Below, piece by piece: positions 19,467-30,263 of a DNA stretch of 64,000 bases. Source of the DNA: Candidatus Omnitrophota bacterium (GTDB lineage Bacteria > Omnitrophota > Gorgyraeia > Zapsychrales > Fredricksoniimonadaceae). Location: NCBI GenBank assembly GCA_030650275.1, contig JAUSEK010000023.1:107581-171580 (forward strand), written 5' to 3'. How positions within the stretch are numbered: the stretch's first letter is position 1; each line of letters begins with the position of its first letter. Made by a program: the position numbers and the translations under genes. The notes below the pieces were generated by a model. That model was not told where the DNA came from. It was given only the letters and a program-made list of their open reading frames with translations, and did no database searches.

Positions 19467-21053
19467 ATGCCTTCTAAAGCCGCACATCTGTCCGCCCAGC
19501 AGCAAATATTCAAGGTTGTCTTTGAACGCTCTCCCGCCGGCATCACCGTCACCGACCAGCACGAGCGCATCACAGCCTGGAATCCCATGGCCGAGAAGAT
19601 GCTCGGCATGGGCCACAAGGACCTTTTGAACAAACCTGTCCAGGACCTCTATACGCCAGACGAGTGGAAACGCATGCGTGACCTGCAGATCCGCAAGCAC
19701 GGGATGCTGGCCGACATCGCCACCAAGGTCATCCGCAAGGACGGGACCATGCTGGACGTCAACACTTCGATCGCTGTGCTCAAGGACAATGACGGCCATG
19801 TCGTGGGCGCCATCGGCATCATGCATGACATGTCCCGCCAGAAGATGGTGGAAGAACAGTTGATGCAGGCCAAACTTGCCGCGGAACAGGCCAATATCGC
19901 CAAGAGTGTATTTTTGGCCAACATGTCCCATGAGGTGCGCACCCCCATGAACGCCATCATCGGTATGCTGGACCTGACATTGGACACCGCGCTCAACGAT
20001 GAGCAAAAGGACAATCTGGAAGTGGCCAAGGATGCCGCGGACAATCTCTTGAGTTTGATCAATGATATTTTGGATCTTTCCCGGGCCGAAGCGGGCAAGG
20101 TCGTCGTCGAAGAAATTGAGATCAATGTGCCGGACATCGTCAAGAACGTCGGCAAGGGGCTTTCGGTGCTGGCGCGCAATAAGAGCATTGACCTGATGTG
20201 GAACGTTGATGCCGGCATCCCGCGGCAATTGGTCGGCGACCCGGTGCGTTTAAGGCAGGTTTTGGTCAATCTGGTCAATAATGCGATCAAATTCACCAAC
20301 AAAGGCCAGGTGCAGGTCAACGCCAAAATGGAGTCCTTAACAGCCAAGGACTGTGTCGTCAAGTTTGAGGTCATAGACCAGGGCATCGGCATCCCTAAAA
20401 AGAATTTGGCCACGATTTTTGACGTGTTCACCGAAGCGCACAACACCACGGCCCGCCGTTATGGAGGCACGGGGCTGGGACTGGCGATCTGCAAAAAGAT
20501 CGTCGAGATGATGCGCGGGGCCATTTGGGTCGAAAGCACCGAGGGCAAGGGGAGCATGTTTTATTTCACCATCATTTTTGGCGTCAACCCCGATCTCATA
20601 TGCCACCCCGTGCATGGTCAGGCGCGCGGGCAGGCGGTTGTCCAGGACAATCTTCCCGATGAGATCAGGCATTTGCGCGTCCTTTTGGCGGAAGATAATG
20701 TGGTCAACCAGCGCATCGCGGTCAAGACGCTGGAAAAATTCGGCTGGTCGGTGCACGTCGCCGGTGACGGCCAGGAGGTTTTGGATATTCTCAACAAACA
20801 GGCCTTCGATGTCATTTTGATGGACGACCAGATGCCTCTGTTGACCGGGGCGGAAGCCACCCAGGTCATACGCCGCGAAGAAAAACAGACGGGACAGCAT
20901 ATTCCCATCATCGCCATGACCGCCAATGCCATGTCCGGCGACCGCGAAAGGTATCTGGCCATCGGCATGGACGGTTATGTGTCCAAGCCCATTGACCGCC
21001 AGGTCCTGTATCAAGAGGTTGTCCATCTCGTGACACAACGTTTGAAAGAATAG
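19467..21053 (+). CDS. PAS hybrid sensor histidine kinase with receiver domain
   Basis: PAS, FLANMSHEVRTPMN, NLVNNAIKFT, YGGTGLGL, LLAEDN..MD..KP. Confidence 0.95.
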   Translation: MPSKAAHLSAQQQIFKVVFERSPAGITVTDQHERITAWNPMAEKMLGMGHKDLLNKPVQDLYTPDEWKRMRDLQIRKHGMLADIATKVIRKDGTMLDVNTSIAVLKDNDGHVVGAIGIMHDMSRQKMVEEQLMQAKLAAEQANIAKSVFLANMSHEVRTPMNAIIGMLDLTLDTALNDEQKDNLEVAKDAADNLLSLINDILDLSRAEAGKVVVEEIEINVPDIVKNVGKGLSVLARNKSIDLMWNVDAGIPRQLVGDPVRLRQVLVNLVNNAIKFTNKGQVQVNAKMESLTAKDCVVKFEVIDQGIGIPKKNLATIFDVFTEAHNTTARRYGGTGLGLAICKKIVEMMRGAIWVESTEGKGSMFYFTIIFGVNPDLICHPVHGQARGQAVVQDNLPDEIRHLRVLLAEDNVVNQRIAVKTLEKFGWSVHVAGDGQEVLDILNKQAFDVILMDDQMPLLTGAEATQVIRREEKQTGQHIPIIAMTANAMSGDRERYLAIGMDGYVSKPIDRQVLYQEVVHLVTQRLKE

Positions 21054-21068
21054 AAAGGCCTCAAGTCC

Positions 21069-21422
21069 ATGAGCGATGATGCGATCGACCTGCCGGAAGC
21101 CCTGGAGCGGGTCCAGGATGACAAGGGTTTTCTGGTGGAATTGCTGGATGTTTTTCAGGAGGATTTCTTAAAAAAGCGGGCCGTTCTGGCAGAGGCCCTG
21201 ACAACCAGGGATATCATGAAGGTCATGGAAGTCGCCCATTCCATGAAAGGTTCCTCGGGTAATATTTCAGCCAAAGGCATATACACCATATGCCTGGAGC
21301 TGGAAAAGCTCGCCAAAACCAACAGCACCGACGGTATGCAGGATCTGGCCAGGAACATCGATGTCCAGTTCGCGGGCGTTCAGGCGTTCGCCGCCAAGCT
21401 CAAAAAAGAGTTGGGCGGATGA
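21069..21422 (+). CDS. Hpt phosphotransfer protein
   Basis: AHSMKGSSGNI. Confidence 0.92.
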   Translation: MSDDAIDLPEALERVQDDKGFLVELLDVFQEDFLKKRAVLAEALTTRDIMKVMEVAHSMKGSSGNISAKGIYTICLELEKLAKTNSTDGMQDLARNIDVQFAGVQAFAAKLKKELGG

Positions 21423-22831
21423 CCGCCGTCCGTGACCTTTGGCCGGCCTTGTCCCTTGTGGCCGTCGCCTGTGTCCTTTATGCCAATACTGTTGTTCATC
21501 CGTTCGTCCACGATGACCTTGTTTTTATAGTCCAGAATCCCGCCATCAGCCGGCTCGATCATATCGCCGGTATTTTTTTGGACCCTTCCGGCGCGGTCTC
21601 CCACGGCATCAACGCGTATTACCGTCCTGTCCTGGAATTGATCTACCGTCTGGAATACCGGTTTCTCGGGCCTGATCCCAGCGGGTATCACGCGTTCAAT
21701 GTCCTCGTGCACGCGGCCAACGGCGTGCTCATTTTCTTTCTTTTGTCCCGTCTGGGCTTGGGGTCACGCGGCCTGGCCTGGGGGTTGTCCGCGATCTTCC
21801 TCGTCCATCCGGCGCAAAGCGAGTCGGTGGCCTGCGTTGCCGGCATATCCAATCTTGCGTCGGCATTTTTTATTCTGGCATGCCTTTATTTTTACGTGTC
21901 CCGCCGTACTGTTTGGGCCATGGCCGCGTTTGTTCTCGGCCTGTTCACCAAAGAATCCACGGTCATCCTTCCGCTCATGTTGATCGTCGTGGACCGCCTG
22001 TATATCGGTGGATCTGCCGGCCGCACATGGACCCGCGCGGGACCGTTTGCGGCGCTTGCGTGTGTTTTTCTGGTCCTTCGTCAGTATTTGACGGGGACGG
22101 ATCCGGTTTCAGCTGTTTTGGCCTCGCCGGGAGAACTTGCCTTACGCCTCCTGGCCATCCCGCGCACCCTGCTGACTTACGGAAAGATCATTGTCCGGCC
22201 GGATGACCTGCATTATTACCGCAACACCGATATCCTGGCGCCCAATGCCTGGGCTTTCGCGCTCCTGGGGCTGATCATCCTGACGGGGCTGTGGTGGTTC
22301 AGGCGGCTTAATACCGATGACAAAAGAACAGTTATTTTTGGGGCCGGATGGTTCTTGGCGTTCCTGCTTCCTGTCCTCAATGTCGCGCCGCTCATTAATG
22401 AATATTCGTTCATCCTGACCGCCGAGCATTTTTTATACCTTCCCATCGTCGGTGTTTTACTGACCGGCGGCGTTGTCCTGTGCCGTTGGACGGTCCGTCC
22501 GTCCGTGCGCAAGGGCATATTCGCCGTGGTTTTCGCGGCGTGCTTCGTTACCACCGTTGGGCAGAACACCTTCTGGAGAGGGGAGGTCCCGCTGTTTGAG
22601 CGCATGATCCGTTTTGAGCCGCGCTTCGGCCGCGGCCATATTCTTTTGGCCAGGGCGTATGATGCCGACCACCGTTATGATCTGGCCAGGCGTCATTTCC
22701 TGATCGCCCTGGGTATCATGCAGGGTTACGCGGCCAGGGCATCTAACGCGACGGCGAAAAACATTTATCTGGGCTTCATCAGGGATATTCATATGGATTT
22801 GACGCGGCTGGAAAAGATGGGCAAATTGTGA
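21419..22831 (+). CDS. GT-C/TMTC-like multi-TM protein with C-terminal TPR-like helix
   Basis: FVHDD, YYRP, NVLVHAAN, FLVHP.QSESV, KES, AEHFLYLP. Confidence 0.8.
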   Translation: MTAVRDLWPALSLVAVACVLYANTVVHPFVHDDLVFIVQNPAISRLDHIAGIFLDPSGAVSHGINAYYRPVLELIYRLEYRFLGPDPSGYHAFNVLVHAANGVLIFFLLSRLGLGSRGLAWGLSAIFLVHPAQSESVACVAGISNLASAFFILACLYFYVSRRTVWAMAAFVLGLFTKESTVILPLMLIVVDRLYIGGSAGRTWTRAGPFAALACVFLVLRQYLTGTDPVSAVLASPGELALRLLAIPRTLLTYGKIIVRPDDLHYYRNTDILAPNAWAFALLGLIILTGLWWFRRLNTDDKRTVIFGAGWFLAFLLPVLNVAPLINEYSFILTAEHFLYLPIVGVLLTGGVVLCRWTVRPSVRKGIFAVVFAACFVTTVGQNTFWRGEVPLFERMIRFEPRFGRGHILLARAYDADHRYDLARRHFLIALGIMQGYAARASNATAKNIYLGFIRDIHMDLTRLEKMGKL

Positions 22832-22868
22832 TAGTTTAAGGACATTCCGTAAGTTTGGGGGCTCATTT

Positions 22869-23555
22869 ATGTTTTGGATCGTTGTGATCAGTTTTGCTGT
22901 TTTGATCGGCGTCGCGTTGGCGGTCTATGCCATGCCGTCGGACTCTACCAAGGCGTCCAGAAGGAGGGAGAGGCGGCCGGAGCCCGTGCCCCAGGAAAAT
23001 CCTAAGGACAAAGAATGGCAGGCCATTGCCCAGCGCTGGGAAAAACATAATCTCGGCCTGCAGGGCGATATCGAAAAAATGAAGATGGAGCAAAAGAAAT
23101 TCCTGCAGGACATGGAGGACCAGAAAGCTCGCAACCAGGAGCTCGTCGAGAAATTGGCCCTGGAAAAAGGGTGGAGGGAAAAGGAGCAGGGGAACCTGGA
23201 CAAGGCCAAGGCCCATGAGAAGGACCTTAAGGAACAGATCTTCCGCACGGAAGGTGATCTGGAAAAAGAACACACGGCCCGCCTGCGCGCCGAGCGCGAC
23301 CATCAGGAATTAAAGATCAAAACCGATGCCCTTTTGGAAGAAAAACGCCTGTTGTCCACCAAAGCCATGAGTTTGGAAACCACGGTCCAGCAATTGTCTA
23401 AGGAGGCCAGGGAGCTCAAGCGCGACAATGAAAACTTAAGCCGCAAGCGTGAGGATATCCAGTGGGTGGCCAAGTCGGAGTTTGAAGAGGTCAAAAAACT
23501 TTTACTCGCCAAAGAGCAGGAGATCGCCCGGCTGAAAAACGCCCCCGCCGGCTGA
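22869..23555 (+). CDS. Membrane-anchored coiled-coil protein
   Basis: N-terminal TM, long E/K-rich heptads. Confidence 0.8.
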   Translation: MFWIVVISFAVLIGVALAVYAMPSDSTKASRRRERRPEPVPQENPKDKEWQAIAQRWEKHNLGLQGDIEKMKMEQKKFLQDMEDQKARNQELVEKLALEKGWREKEQGNLDKAKAHEKDLKEQIFRTEGDLEKEHTARLRAERDHQELKIKTDALLEEKRLLSTKAMSLETTVQQLSKEARELKRDNENLSRKREDIQWVAKSEFEEVKKLLLAKEQEIARLKNAPAG

Positions 23556-23560
23556 CCATT

Positions 23561-24727
23561 ATGCTTTTTTCCCGACGTACGGACTGGCCATTAGTCCCCA
23601 ATGAACTTGCAGACATCTTGCAGAATATGCGCGCGCAAGGTCAGGACATTTTGGATCTGACCGAGTCCAATCCGACCCGGTGCGGTTTCAATTATTCCCC
23701 GTCGATATTATCCGCGTTCAATGTTCCGGACAATTTGACCTATGACCCGGCCTCCCAGGGGGTTCCCAAGGCCCGGCAGGCGGTGGCCGGATATTACGCG
23801 GCCAAGGGTTTGTCCGTCAACGTGGATGATATTGTTCTCACCTCCAGCACGTCCGAGGCGTATGCGTTCCTTTTGCGGCTTTTGTTGAACCCCGGGGAGA
23901 AAGCCCTTGTCCCGCGGCCCAGTTATCCGTTATTCCAGTTTTTGCTGGAGCTCAATGATGTTGCCTATACCCAGTATCCTTTGGTCTACGATGGGGCGTG
24001 GCGTCTGGACCAACAGGCCCTTGAAGACGCGGTGGATGAGAAAACCCGCGCTGTCATTCTGGTCAATCCCAATAATCCGACGGGGTCCTATGTCCAAAAG
24101 GATGAACTGGATTTTTTGAACGGCCTGTGCCTGCGGCATTCCCTGTCTTTGATCTCCGACGAGGTTTTTATGGATTATGGGTGGGGGCCGCGGGCCGGCG
24201 TGACCTTGATGGGAAACGCGCGGGTGCCGACCTTTGTGCTGGGCGGATTGTCCAAGACATTGGGGCTGCCGCAGATGAAAATGTCCTGGCTGGCCATGTC
24301 CGGTCCACGGGACACCATCGCCACGGCCATGGGGCGTCTGGAGATCATCGCGGACACGTTTTTGTCCGTCAATACGCCCGTGCAGAATGCCGCGCCCGTC
24401 TGGCTGGCTGATGCCGGCGGCGTCCGGGACCAGGTGCTACGCAGAGTGAAAGACAACTGGTTCTGGCTTAATGCTCACGTTCCCGCCGGTGTCAAGGTAT
24501 TGTCCGCCCAGGGCGGCTGGTATGCGGTGCTGGCCATTGAGGGCCTTACGGACGAGGAGGCCTTTGTCACCGGACTGCTCAAGGACGAACGCGTTCTGGC
24601 GCATCCCGGGTATTTTTTTGATTTTGAGGCCTCGGGATACGTTGTTGTGTCGCTTTTACCAACTGCGGAAATTTTTTGCCAGGCCGCCGGCCGTCTGTTA
24701 AGATATGTCCATGAACAAAAGACCTGA
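23561..24727 (+). CDS. PLP-dependent aminotransferase class I/II
   Basis: NPNNPTG, ISDEVF, GLSK. Confidence 0.92.
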   Translation: MLFSRRTDWPLVPNELADILQNMRAQGQDILDLTESNPTRCGFNYSPSILSAFNVPDNLTYDPASQGVPKARQAVAGYYAAKGLSVNVDDIVLTSSTSEAYAFLLRLLLNPGEKALVPRPSYPLFQFLLELNDVAYTQYPLVYDGAWRLDQQALEDAVDEKTRAVILVNPNNPTGSYVQKDELDFLNGLCLRHSLSLISDEVFMDYGWGPRAGVTLMGNARVPTFVLGGLSKTLGLPQMKMSWLAMSGPRDTIATAMGRLEIIADTFLSVNTPVQNAAPVWLADAGGVRDQVLRRVKDNWFWLNAHVPAGVKVLSAQGGWYAVLAIEGLTDEEAFVTGLLKDERVLAHPGYFFDFEASGYVVVSLLPTAEIFCQAAGRLLRYVHEQKT

Positions 24728-25184
24728 CTGGGACGAATATTTCATGAAACTGGCGATGCTCGCTTCCGAGCGCGCCACATGCCCGCGCATGCATTGCGGA
24801 TGCGTCCTGGTCAAGGCCAAGAACGTCATTGCCACCGGGTATAACGGGTCCATCCCCGGGGACGAACATTGCGACGACGCGGGGTGTCTGCTCGTGGATG
24901 ACCATTGCGTGCGCACCGTGCATGCCGAAATGAACGCGCTGATCCAGGCGGCCAGGCGCGGCCATGCCGTTGAGGGAGCCGGCGCCTACATCACCAACAT
25001 GCCTTGCACCACCTGCGCCAAGGCCTTGATCACCGCCGGCGTCAAGCGCGTCGTGGTTTTTTCCGATTACCATAAGACCATGGCCACGGAATTTTTTGCC
25101 AAGGCCGGGGTCATCATTGACCGCGTTCCCATGCCGGACAAAATGATCGATTATGACCTTAAAAATTATTCTTCCGCACGCTAG
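24711..25184 (+). CDS. dCMP deaminase/ComEB family
   Basis: RPDWDEYF, TGYNG, HAEMNA, PCTTC. Confidence 0.93.
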   Translation: MNKRPDWDEYFMKLAMLASERATCPRMHCGCVLVKAKNVIATGYNGSIPGDEHCDDAGCLLVDDHCVRTVHAEMNALIQAARRGHAVEGAGAYITNMPCTTCAKALITAGVKRVVVFSDYHKTMATEFFAKAGVIIDRVPMPDKMIDYDLKNYSSAR

Positions 25185-25193
25185 GAGACAGAT

Positions 25194-25583
25194 ATGGCCA
25201 TCAAAGTCCTGATCGCCGACGACGAAGAAGCCATCCTTGGGATCATGGCTAATAAAGTGGCCGCGCAGGATTACGCGGTCGTGACCGCCCGCGACGGCCA
25301 GGAAGCGTGGGACAAGATCGTTTCCGAAAGCCCCGACGTGATCATCCTCGACATCGTCATGCCCAAAATGGACGGTTGGTCCGTCTTGCATAAACTGCGC
25401 TCTGAGCCCCCGTCGAAGAAATGGCAGCCCGTCATCATCGTTTCCGCTCTGGGGGAAATGGACCATGTGCAAAAAGGGCTGGATCTGGAAGCCGACCATT
25501 ATTTGACCAAACCCTGCCGTATCGAGGATGTTCTCAAAGGCATACGTCTGATGGTATCGTTGATCCCGGCGAGAAACGTTTAG
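25194..25583 (+). CDS. Single-domain response regulator
   Basis: IADDE, LDIVMPKMDG, YLTKP. Confidence 0.93.
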   Translation: MAIKVLIADDEEAILGIMANKVAAQDYAVVTARDGQEAWDKIVSESPDVIILDIVMPKMDGWSVLHKLRSEPPSKKWQPVIIVSALGEMDHVQKGLDLEADHYLTKPCRIEDVLKGIRLMVSLIPARNV

Positions 25584-25636
25584 CCACGGCCCCAAGCCAT
25601 GACAAATTTTGTCCCGATCGTTTGTATTGTATTGCT

Positions 25637-26830
25637 ATGAACATTTTAACGACACACGGCACGGCGATCCTTGATGGTCAGCGGCCCGTTATGCTTAAGG
25701 GCGTGAATTTCGGGGGATGGCTGATGATGGAAGCGTATTTCACGCATGCCCCGAATTTTGCCGAGAAGGTTTTTAAGGAACATTTTTCAAAAGTCCGCGG
25801 GGACAAAACCCTTGCGCAACTGGAACGGTCATTTCGCGCGAATTTCATCACCGAGGCAGACATGAAAACCGTGGCCGGCTTAGGCATGAATTGCGTGCGC
25901 CTGCCGTTCAATGGCCGTTTGCTTGAGCGAAAGCCTTATCAGGTTGATCCCGCGGGTTTTCATTATCTTGACGATGCCGTGCGCTGGGCCAGGAAATACG
26001 GCGTGCGCTTGATCCTGGATCTGCACGCGGCGCCGGGATCGCAGAATCACGACTGGCATTCGGACAGTTTGGGTAAAGCCGGGTTATGGACGTCCAACAG
26101 AAACCAAAAACGCGTGTGTGCTTTATGGGAAGCGGTGGCGGACCGTTATAAGGACGAAGGCGCGGTGGCCGGCTATGACCTGCTCAATGAGGCGGTTGTG
26201 CAGGACAATGGTCTTTTGAACCGTTTTTATAAAAGCGTCATCAAAACCATCCGTTCGGTGGACCGCAGGCACATTTTGTTCATTGAAGGCAATCGCTGGG
26301 CGCAGGACATCGACATGTTGGAGGATTTTTCCGACGACAATTGGGCTTACAGCGTCCATTTTTATGAGCCCGTGGAATTCACGTTCCATCTCAACCATTT
26401 CCTGAAATACCCGTTGATATCCAGGGCCGGAAGATGGGACGCGGGGGTGATGCGCCGCCGGATGAAGGCGTATTTGACCCAAGCGCGCTCCAGGCAAAGG
26501 CCGGTGTATGTCGGCGAGTTCGGGGTCAATGCCCGCGAAGGCGTTTACGGCGAGGACATTTATCTGCGCGACCTTTTGAAGGTGTTCAATGACTGCGGTT
26601 TCCACTGGACGTACTGGACCTATAAAGCGGTCAAAAATTATATGTTTCCCGACGGTATTTACAGTTACAGGCCTAATACTCCGTGGGTCAATCGCCAGGG
26701 GCCCAAGAGCGGCTGGGACACGTGGGCGGCCTTGTGGCCCAAGCATCAAAAGGACATGATCGCGTCCTGGCGGACAAAGACCTTCACGCCCAACGCGCGC
26801 GTCCTGGCCGAATTAAAAAAGGCCATTTGA
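25637..26830 (+). CDS. Glycoside hydrolase family 5
   Basis: GVNFGGWL, VRLPF, LDLHAAPG, YDLLNE, HFYEP, VGEFG, WTYK. Confidence 0.92.
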   Translation: MNILTTHGTAILDGQRPVMLKGVNFGGWLMMEAYFTHAPNFAEKVFKEHFSKVRGDKTLAQLERSFRANFITEADMKTVAGLGMNCVRLPFNGRLLERKPYQVDPAGFHYLDDAVRWARKYGVRLILDLHAAPGSQNHDWHSDSLGKAGLWTSNRNQKRVCALWEAVADRYKDEGAVAGYDLLNEAVVQDNGLLNRFYKSVIKTIRSVDRRHILFIEGNRWAQDIDMLEDFSDDNWAYSVHFYEPVEFTFHLNHFLKYPLISRAGRWDAGVMRRRMKAYLTQARSRQRPVYVGEFGVNAREGVYGEDIYLRDLLKVFNDCGFHWTYWTYKAVKNYMFPDGIYSYRPNTPWVNRQGPKSGWDTWAALWPKHQKDMIASWRTKTFTPNARVLAELKKAI

Positions 26831-26833
26831 ATT

Positions 26834-27628
26834 ATGGGGACACAATACTTAATTTCCAGCACACAGAACGGCCTGATCAAAGAGACCGCGGCATTGCGCG
26901 AGCATAAGGCGCGCCAGGAAACAGGCCTGACGCTCATTGATGGTCAAAGAGAGTTGGAGCGGGCTTTGCAGGCAGGCATCAAGTTGGTGCGGGTATTTTT
27001 TTGTCCCAAACTGATCCAGGGCAAGCTGAACCTCAAGTCCCTTAAAAGCGAAGGGACCGAATGCGTTGAGGTCACGGACCATATTTTCGCAAAATTGGCG
27101 TATGGTCAAAGGGTGGAGGGCGTCATCGGCGTGGCCCGCGTGCCTTCTCAAGCATTGAACGGCCTGAAATTATCCGAAAACCCTTTGATCGTGGTTGTTG
27201 AATCCGTTGAGAAACCCGGTAATTTGGGCGCCATCCTGCGCACCTGCGACGGTGCCGGCGTGGACGCTTTGCTCATCGGCGATGCCAAGACCGACCTTTA
27301 CAATCCTAATGTCATCCGCGCCAGCGTCGGCACCATATTCACCGTTGCTGCGGCCGTTGACACGAATGAAAACATCAGGGCTTTCTTAAAGACCAAGGGC
27401 GTTAAAACGCTCGGCACCTTTCCCGACGCCAAGGATGTTTATACCAAGGCGGACCTGAAAGGGCCTTTGGCTGTTGTTTTGGGCACGGAAGATGAAGGCC
27501 TAAGCCCTTTTTGGCAAAGGCATTGCGACAGGAAGGCCCATATCCCCATGGCCGGCCAGGCCGACTCACTGAATGTCTCCGTCACCGCCGCTATTGTCGT
27601 TTATGAGGCCTTAAGGCAGAGGGCTTAA
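26834..27628 (+). CDS. TrmH-family RNA methyltransferase
   Basis: EKPGNLGAILRT, GTEDEGL, DSLNVS. Confidence 0.92.
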   Translation: MGTQYLISSTQNGLIKETAALREHKARQETGLTLIDGQRELERALQAGIKLVRVFFCPKLIQGKLNLKSLKSEGTECVEVTDHIFAKLAYGQRVEGVIGVARVPSQALNGLKLSENPLIVVVESVEKPGNLGAILRTCDGAGVDALLIGDAKTDLYNPNVIRASVGTIFTVAAAVDTNENIRAFLKTKGVKTLGTFPDAKDVYTKADLKGPLAVVLGTEDEGLSPFWQRHCDRKAHIPMAGQADSLNVSVTAAIVVYEALRQRA

Positions 27629-28323
27629 TGCGCCTGCAGGTGTTTTTATCCCATAATGGTGTTTGTTCCCGCCGGGACGCGATGGTCCTTGTCCAGTCGG
27701 GCCGCGTGAAGGTCAACGGCCTCATCGTGCGCGAGCCGTCGTTCGCGGTTGAGGCCGGTGATGATATCATGGCCGACGGCCAAAAGGTCGAGTCCAAACA
27801 ATATTCCTATGTCATGCTCAACAAGCCCGCCGGCTATGTCACCAGCAAGGAAGATCCGCACGCGGACAAAACCATCATGGACCTGCTTCCCAAAGAATTG
27901 CATCATCTTGTTCCTGTCGGCCGTCTGGACAAGGAGAGCGAAGGCCTGCTGTTATTGACCAATGACGGCAACCTGGCCCATCGCCTGACGCATCCGAAAT
28001 TCCACGTGGATAAAACCTATACGGTGCGCGTCGGGGGCGAACTGGCCAGGGAAAAAAAGATGCGCCTGGAACACGGGGTGGTCATCGAGGGCGAAAAAAC
28101 AGCCCCTTGCTGTATCCGCGACGTACAGTATAATGGCACGGATACGGAATTCCGGATGATGATCCACGAGGGCCGCAAACGCCAGATCCGGCTCATGCTC
28201 AAAGCCGTGGGCAGTCATGTTCATTACTTAAAACGCGTTGCCGTCGGAGATCTGAAGCTGGGAGACCTCAAGACCGGCGCCTGGAGATATTTGGACCCCA
28301 AGGAAGTGAAGATCCTGCGATGA
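27628..28323 (+). CDS. rRNA pseudouridine synthase (RluB/RsuA family)
   Basis: S4 domain, PVGRLD..SEGLLLLTND, EGRKRQIR. Confidence 0.94.
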   Translation: MRLQVFLSHNGVCSRRDAMVLVQSGRVKVNGLIVREPSFAVEAGDDIMADGQKVESKQYSYVMLNKPAGYVTSKEDPHADKTIMDLLPKELHHLVPVGRLDKESEGLLLLTNDGNLAHRLTHPKFHVDKTYTVRVGGELAREKKMRLEHGVVIEGEKTAPCCIRDVQYNGTDTEFRMMIHEGRKRQIRLMLKAVGSHVHYLKRVAVGDLKLGDLKTGAWRYLDPKEVKILR

Positions 28324-30263
28324 TCACCGTCAGCAATTTATCCAAGAATTTTGATGAGCGCATGCTCCTGCAGGATGTGTCTCTGGGCATTTTTCCCAAT
28401 GAGCGCATCGGCCTGACCGGCCCCAACGGGGCGGGCAAAAGCACGTTGTTTGCCATCATCCTCGGACAAATGGAACCCACGTCGGGTTCGGTGCAGGTCC
28501 AGAAAAACTTGAAGATCGGTCATATGGCGCAGGAAACGAAATACGCCTCCGACCGCACGGTCATGGATGAAATGACGTCCGGCGATGCACAGATCCGTGA
28601 ACTTCTGCATGAAAAACACCGCCTGGAAGAAGAACATAAGGCCGACAGTTCCCGTTACGGCGATATTTTGGAGGTCCTGGAGAAAAAGGGCATTTATGAA
28701 ATGGAACATAAGGCCGAAAAAGTCCTGACCGGGCTTGGCTTCAAACAGGAGGATTTCCATAAGCCCATTGCCCATTTGTCAGGCGGCTGGCAGATGCGCA
28801 CCCAGTTGGCCAAACTGCTGACCACCCGTTACGACCTGCTTTTGCTCGACGAGCCGACCAATTACCTTGACCTGGAGGCCACGCTGTGGCTCAAAGGATA
28901 TTTGTCCAAATACGACGGGACGTTCATCATCATTTCGCACGACAAGATCTTCCTCAACGATGTCACCAATTACACCATCATTCTGGAAGACGGAAAAATG
29001 ACCAAGGTCAAGGGCAATTACGAACTGTATGAAGAGGAAAAGATCACGCGCCTGCGCACCCTGGAAAAACAAAGCAAGGTCATTGAAAAGAAACGCGAAC
29101 AGCTGGAACGTTTCACCGAGCGTTTTCACGCCCAGCCCAATCGTGCCTCTGCCGTGCGCAACAAACGTAAAATGCTCGACCGGATGGAAGAGATCCGCAT
29201 CCCGCAGGAAAAACACAGCATCCGCGATTTTCAGTTTCCCCCGACAATAGAAAGCGGTCATACGGTCCTGACCATGAGCAAGGTCGCGAAATCCTACGGG
29301 GACAAACAGGTCTACAAGGACCTTGACCTTGAGATCACCAAGGGCCAGAGAATATGCCTGGTCGGCCCCAATGGTGCCGGCAAAAGCACGCTGCTCAAAA
29401 TGCTCGCCGGGGTCCTGCCGTTCGATTCCGGCACGCGCAAACTCGGGCATCAGGTGTCTTTGGGATATTTTTCCCAAACGCGTCTGGATGTTTTGAACCC
29501 GGCGCGCACGGCGCTGGAGGAATTGTTGTCCGCGTCCACGGCCTCGGTGCCCATGACGCAGGCGCGCACCCTTTTGGGTGTTTTTAATTTCCGCGGGGAC
29601 GACGTGTTCAAACACGTGCGGATCCTCTCCGGAGGGGAAAAAAGCCGGCTCATCCTGGCCAAACTTCTGGTCAATCCGCCCAATTTCATTTTGCTCGACG
29701 AGCCCACGACCCACCTGGACATCGACGGGGTGGAAGCCCTGACGAGTTGTTTCAGGAAATACACGGGCACGCTGTGTTTTATCAGCCACGATCTTTTTTT
29801 CGTCAAAGAGATCGCCGACCATATCATGGACGTCAATAACGGGACGCTGAAAATGTATCCCGGCGGCCTTGATTATTATCTGGACAAGAAAGCCGGCCGC
29901 GACGCGCAGGAAAGACAAAAAGCAGGGCAGGAGAGGGCCGCTGCCAAACAGAAAAGATCCGCTCCGCCGGGAAATAACGGCCATGCCGCGTCTTCTCAAA
30001 TCAGGTCTGCCCAACAACGTCATCGGCAGGCCTTAAAGCGTCTGGAAGATATCAAGACAGAGGCCAAGAATTTTGAAAATGAGCGCAAACAGCTGGAGAC
30101 CGAAAGTTACGTCAAGTCACGCGTTCTTTCTGATGCGTTCGGCCGGGACCCGGTCCTGATCAAGGAATACGGCCGGCGGCTCAAGGAGATCCAGCAACGC
30201 ATGCGGGAGATCGTCGTGACCCTGGACAAACTGCAGGAAGAGAAGATAAGGATCACCAAATGA
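28320..30263 (+). CDS. ABC-F family ATPase
   Basis: Two ABC domains (GPNGAGKS; LSGGW/LSGGE; LDEPT), no TM, C-terminal coiled coil. Confidence 0.94.
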   Translation: MITVSNLSKNFDERMLLQDVSLGIFPNERIGLTGPNGAGKSTLFAIILGQMEPTSGSVQVQKNLKIGHMAQETKYASDRTVMDEMTSGDAQIRELLHEKHRLEEEHKADSSRYGDILEVLEKKGIYEMEHKAEKVLTGLGFKQEDFHKPIAHLSGGWQMRTQLAKLLTTRYDLLLLDEPTNYLDLEATLWLKGYLSKYDGTFIIISHDKIFLNDVTNYTIILEDGKMTKVKGNYELYEEEKITRLRTLEKQSKVIEKKREQLERFTERFHAQPNRASAVRNKRKMLDRMEEIRIPQEKHSIRDFQFPPTIESGHTVLTMSKVAKSYGDKQVYKDLDLEITKGQRICLVGPNGAGKSTLLKMLAGVLPFDSGTRKLGHQVSLGYFSQTRLDVLNPARTALEELLSASTASVPMTQARTLLGVFNFRGDDVFKHVRILSGGEKSRLILAKLLVNPPNFILLDEPTTHLDIDGVEALTSCFRKYTGTLCFISHDLFFVKEIADHIMDVNNGTLKMYPGGLDYYLDKKAGRDAQERQKAGQERAAAKQKRSAPPGNNGHAASSQIRSAQQRHRQALKRLEDIKTEAKNFENERKQLETESYVKSRVLSDAFGRDPVLIKEYGRRLKEIQQRMREIVVTLDKLQEEKIRITK